Shown: piece after piece, positions 63,141 to 64,000 of the stretch
Layout of the letters: the number at the start of each line of letters is the position of its first letter
How positions within the stretch are numbered: the first letter of the stretch is position 1
From: Treponema sp.
GTDB lineage: Bacteria; Spirochaetota; Spirochaetia; Treponematales; Breznakiellaceae
Direction of reading: 5' to 3'
DNA length: 64,000 bases
Assembly (NCBI GenBank): GCA_012517385.1
Contig: JAAYUZ010000150.1
Location: forward strand, 55-64,054
Notes under the pieces: model-generated
The model's database searches: none
What the model was told of the DNA's origin: nothing
Seen by the model: only the letters and a program-made list of their open reading frames with translations
Program-made: the position numbers and the translations under genes

Positions 63141-63177
63141 TGCTCCTTCAAAACTCCCTAAGTTGTGAAGGATCCTC
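63141..63177. repeat. Degenerate solo copy of hairpin 3 of the repeat family
   Basis: tgctccttcaaaactccctaagttgtgaaggatcctc, abutting the GH65 stop codon. Confidence 0.55.
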
Positions 63178-64000
63178 AGATAATCTTTACTCCCTCAGGC
63201 CCGGCGGTATACCCTCGATTTCCCGATCGAATGAGGAGCGGTTTTTCCGTATAGACCCTGCAGTCATTCTGAGCAGCCTCCACGGTGACCCGAACCGAAT
63301 GCCAGTAGAAGTTATACCGCAGACCTTTCCAGTGGGCAGGCAGCCAGGGCTCAATCCGAAGAGTATTATCCTTATCAACCGAGAGCCCTCCAAACCCAAA
63401 GACCGCACTCTGCCAGGTACCCCCCGCATTGGCCGCATGGAGACAATGGGCAGTGTTTCCCTGGTTATCCACGATGTCCGTTTCAGCGGCCTTTATAAAA
63501 TACTCATAGGCATGGTCATGCTTTCCGAGTCCCAGACCTACCATGGCGTAGATAGAAGGGCTTAAGGAACTCTTATGCATGGTCCGTTTTTCATAATATT
63601 CGTAATTCCTGATTTTTTCTTCCAGAGAGAATTCCTCCACAATCAGCGCAAAGAGCATCACCACATCGGGCTGTTTAATAAGCTGGGTTTCATTAAGCCG
63701 CCGCACATCCAGGTCCCGCGGCCAGAGGGGCATACCATTCTTATCCCATTCGGTAATTGGAATATCCTTCAGGTTAAAGTACCCCTCAAATTGTTCATAG
63801 AGCCCACGCTCCTGATCCCTCGGGATATAGAGCTTGTCAGCCACATTCTGCCAATTTTCCAGTTCAGATCGCTCAACTCCTGAACGTTGCAGAATTGCAG
63901 AAAGAGCTTCCGGTTCTTCCTGTTCAAGTTGATGAACCAAATCCCGGGTTTTGCGCAGCGCCCAGGCGGCAAGATAGTTAGTGTAGGTGTTATTATGCAC
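63176..64000 (-). CDS. Glycoside hydrolase family 65 phosphorylase (maltose/kojibiose phosphorylase-like), N-terminus off-window
   Basis: The C-terminal 274 aa include NTAHCLHAANAGGTWQSAVFGFGGL, typical of GH65 catalytic and C-terminal domains. The ORF is open to the window edge. Confidence 0.8.
   Translation of the reverse strand: MHNNTYTNYLAAWALRKTRDLVHQLEQEEPEALSAILQRSGVERSELENWQNVADKLYIPRDQERGLYEQFEGYFNLKDIPITEWDKNGMPLWPRDLDVRRLNETQLIKQPDVVMLFALIVEEFSLEEKIRNYEYYEKRTMHKSSLSPSIYAMVGLGLGKHDHAYEYFIKAAETDIVDNQGNTAHCLHAANAGGTWQSAVFGFGGLSVDKDNTLRIEPWLPAHWKGLRYNFYWHSVRVTVEAAQNDCRVYTEKPLLIRSGNRGYTAGPEGVKII

Overview
Bacterial chromosomal segment with about 60 protein-coding genes, one tRNA-Asn(GUU) and a family of structured intergenic repeats. 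I saw no rRNA, CRISPR array, transposase or integrase. Most of the window is G+C-rich (a typical 60-nt line counted by hand has about 39 G+C), with several visibly AT-rich patches. Gene content suggests a saccharolytic organism: fucI/fucU cluster, GH43, GH65, sugar ABC importer, fructokinase. The many lipoproteins and a GVFNIA-repeat exported protein hint at a spirochaete, but the taxon cannot be established by eye.

Layout, left to right:
- 1-1171: the 3' part of a JetD-like (Wadjet) gene, coupled to a truncated RtcB-like ORF.
- 1105-8607: a tightly packed minus-strand string of HDAC-like, 126-aa, polytopic membrane, class III cyclase, E2 and fused E1 genes.
- 8749-9399: SGNH esterase.
- 9517-14306: an SNF2-family ATPase translationally coupled to a 603-aa protein of unknown function. 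This is my top candidate for an undescribed system.
- 14432-21441: fucose cluster, a methyltransferase with a 30-bp tandem repeat, and a PHP phosphatase.
- 21490-23342: a strongly AT-rich three-gene envelope island (TPR/TM, YidD-like, PEGA lipoprotein).
- 23461-42338: housekeeping and accessory genes (MATE, PfkB, beta-carbonic anhydrase, AAC(3)-family, GT4-acyltransferase fusion, SulP, NUDIX, PIN toxin-antitoxin pair, two ABC exporters, AKR and others).
- 42339-44423: a DGC/split-permease cassette flanked by 52-nt direct repeats, abutting a tRNA-Asn locus with duplicated tRNA 3'-end fragments.
- 44580-64000: a two-component system, sugar ABC importer, a radical-SAM/DUF4130 DNA-metabolism pair, glycosidases, esterase, Rieske protein and acyltransferase.

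A 153-bp triple-hairpin repeat occurs three times full length, once rearranged, and at least four times as solo hairpins. All family assignments are by eye from motifs; no searches were run.
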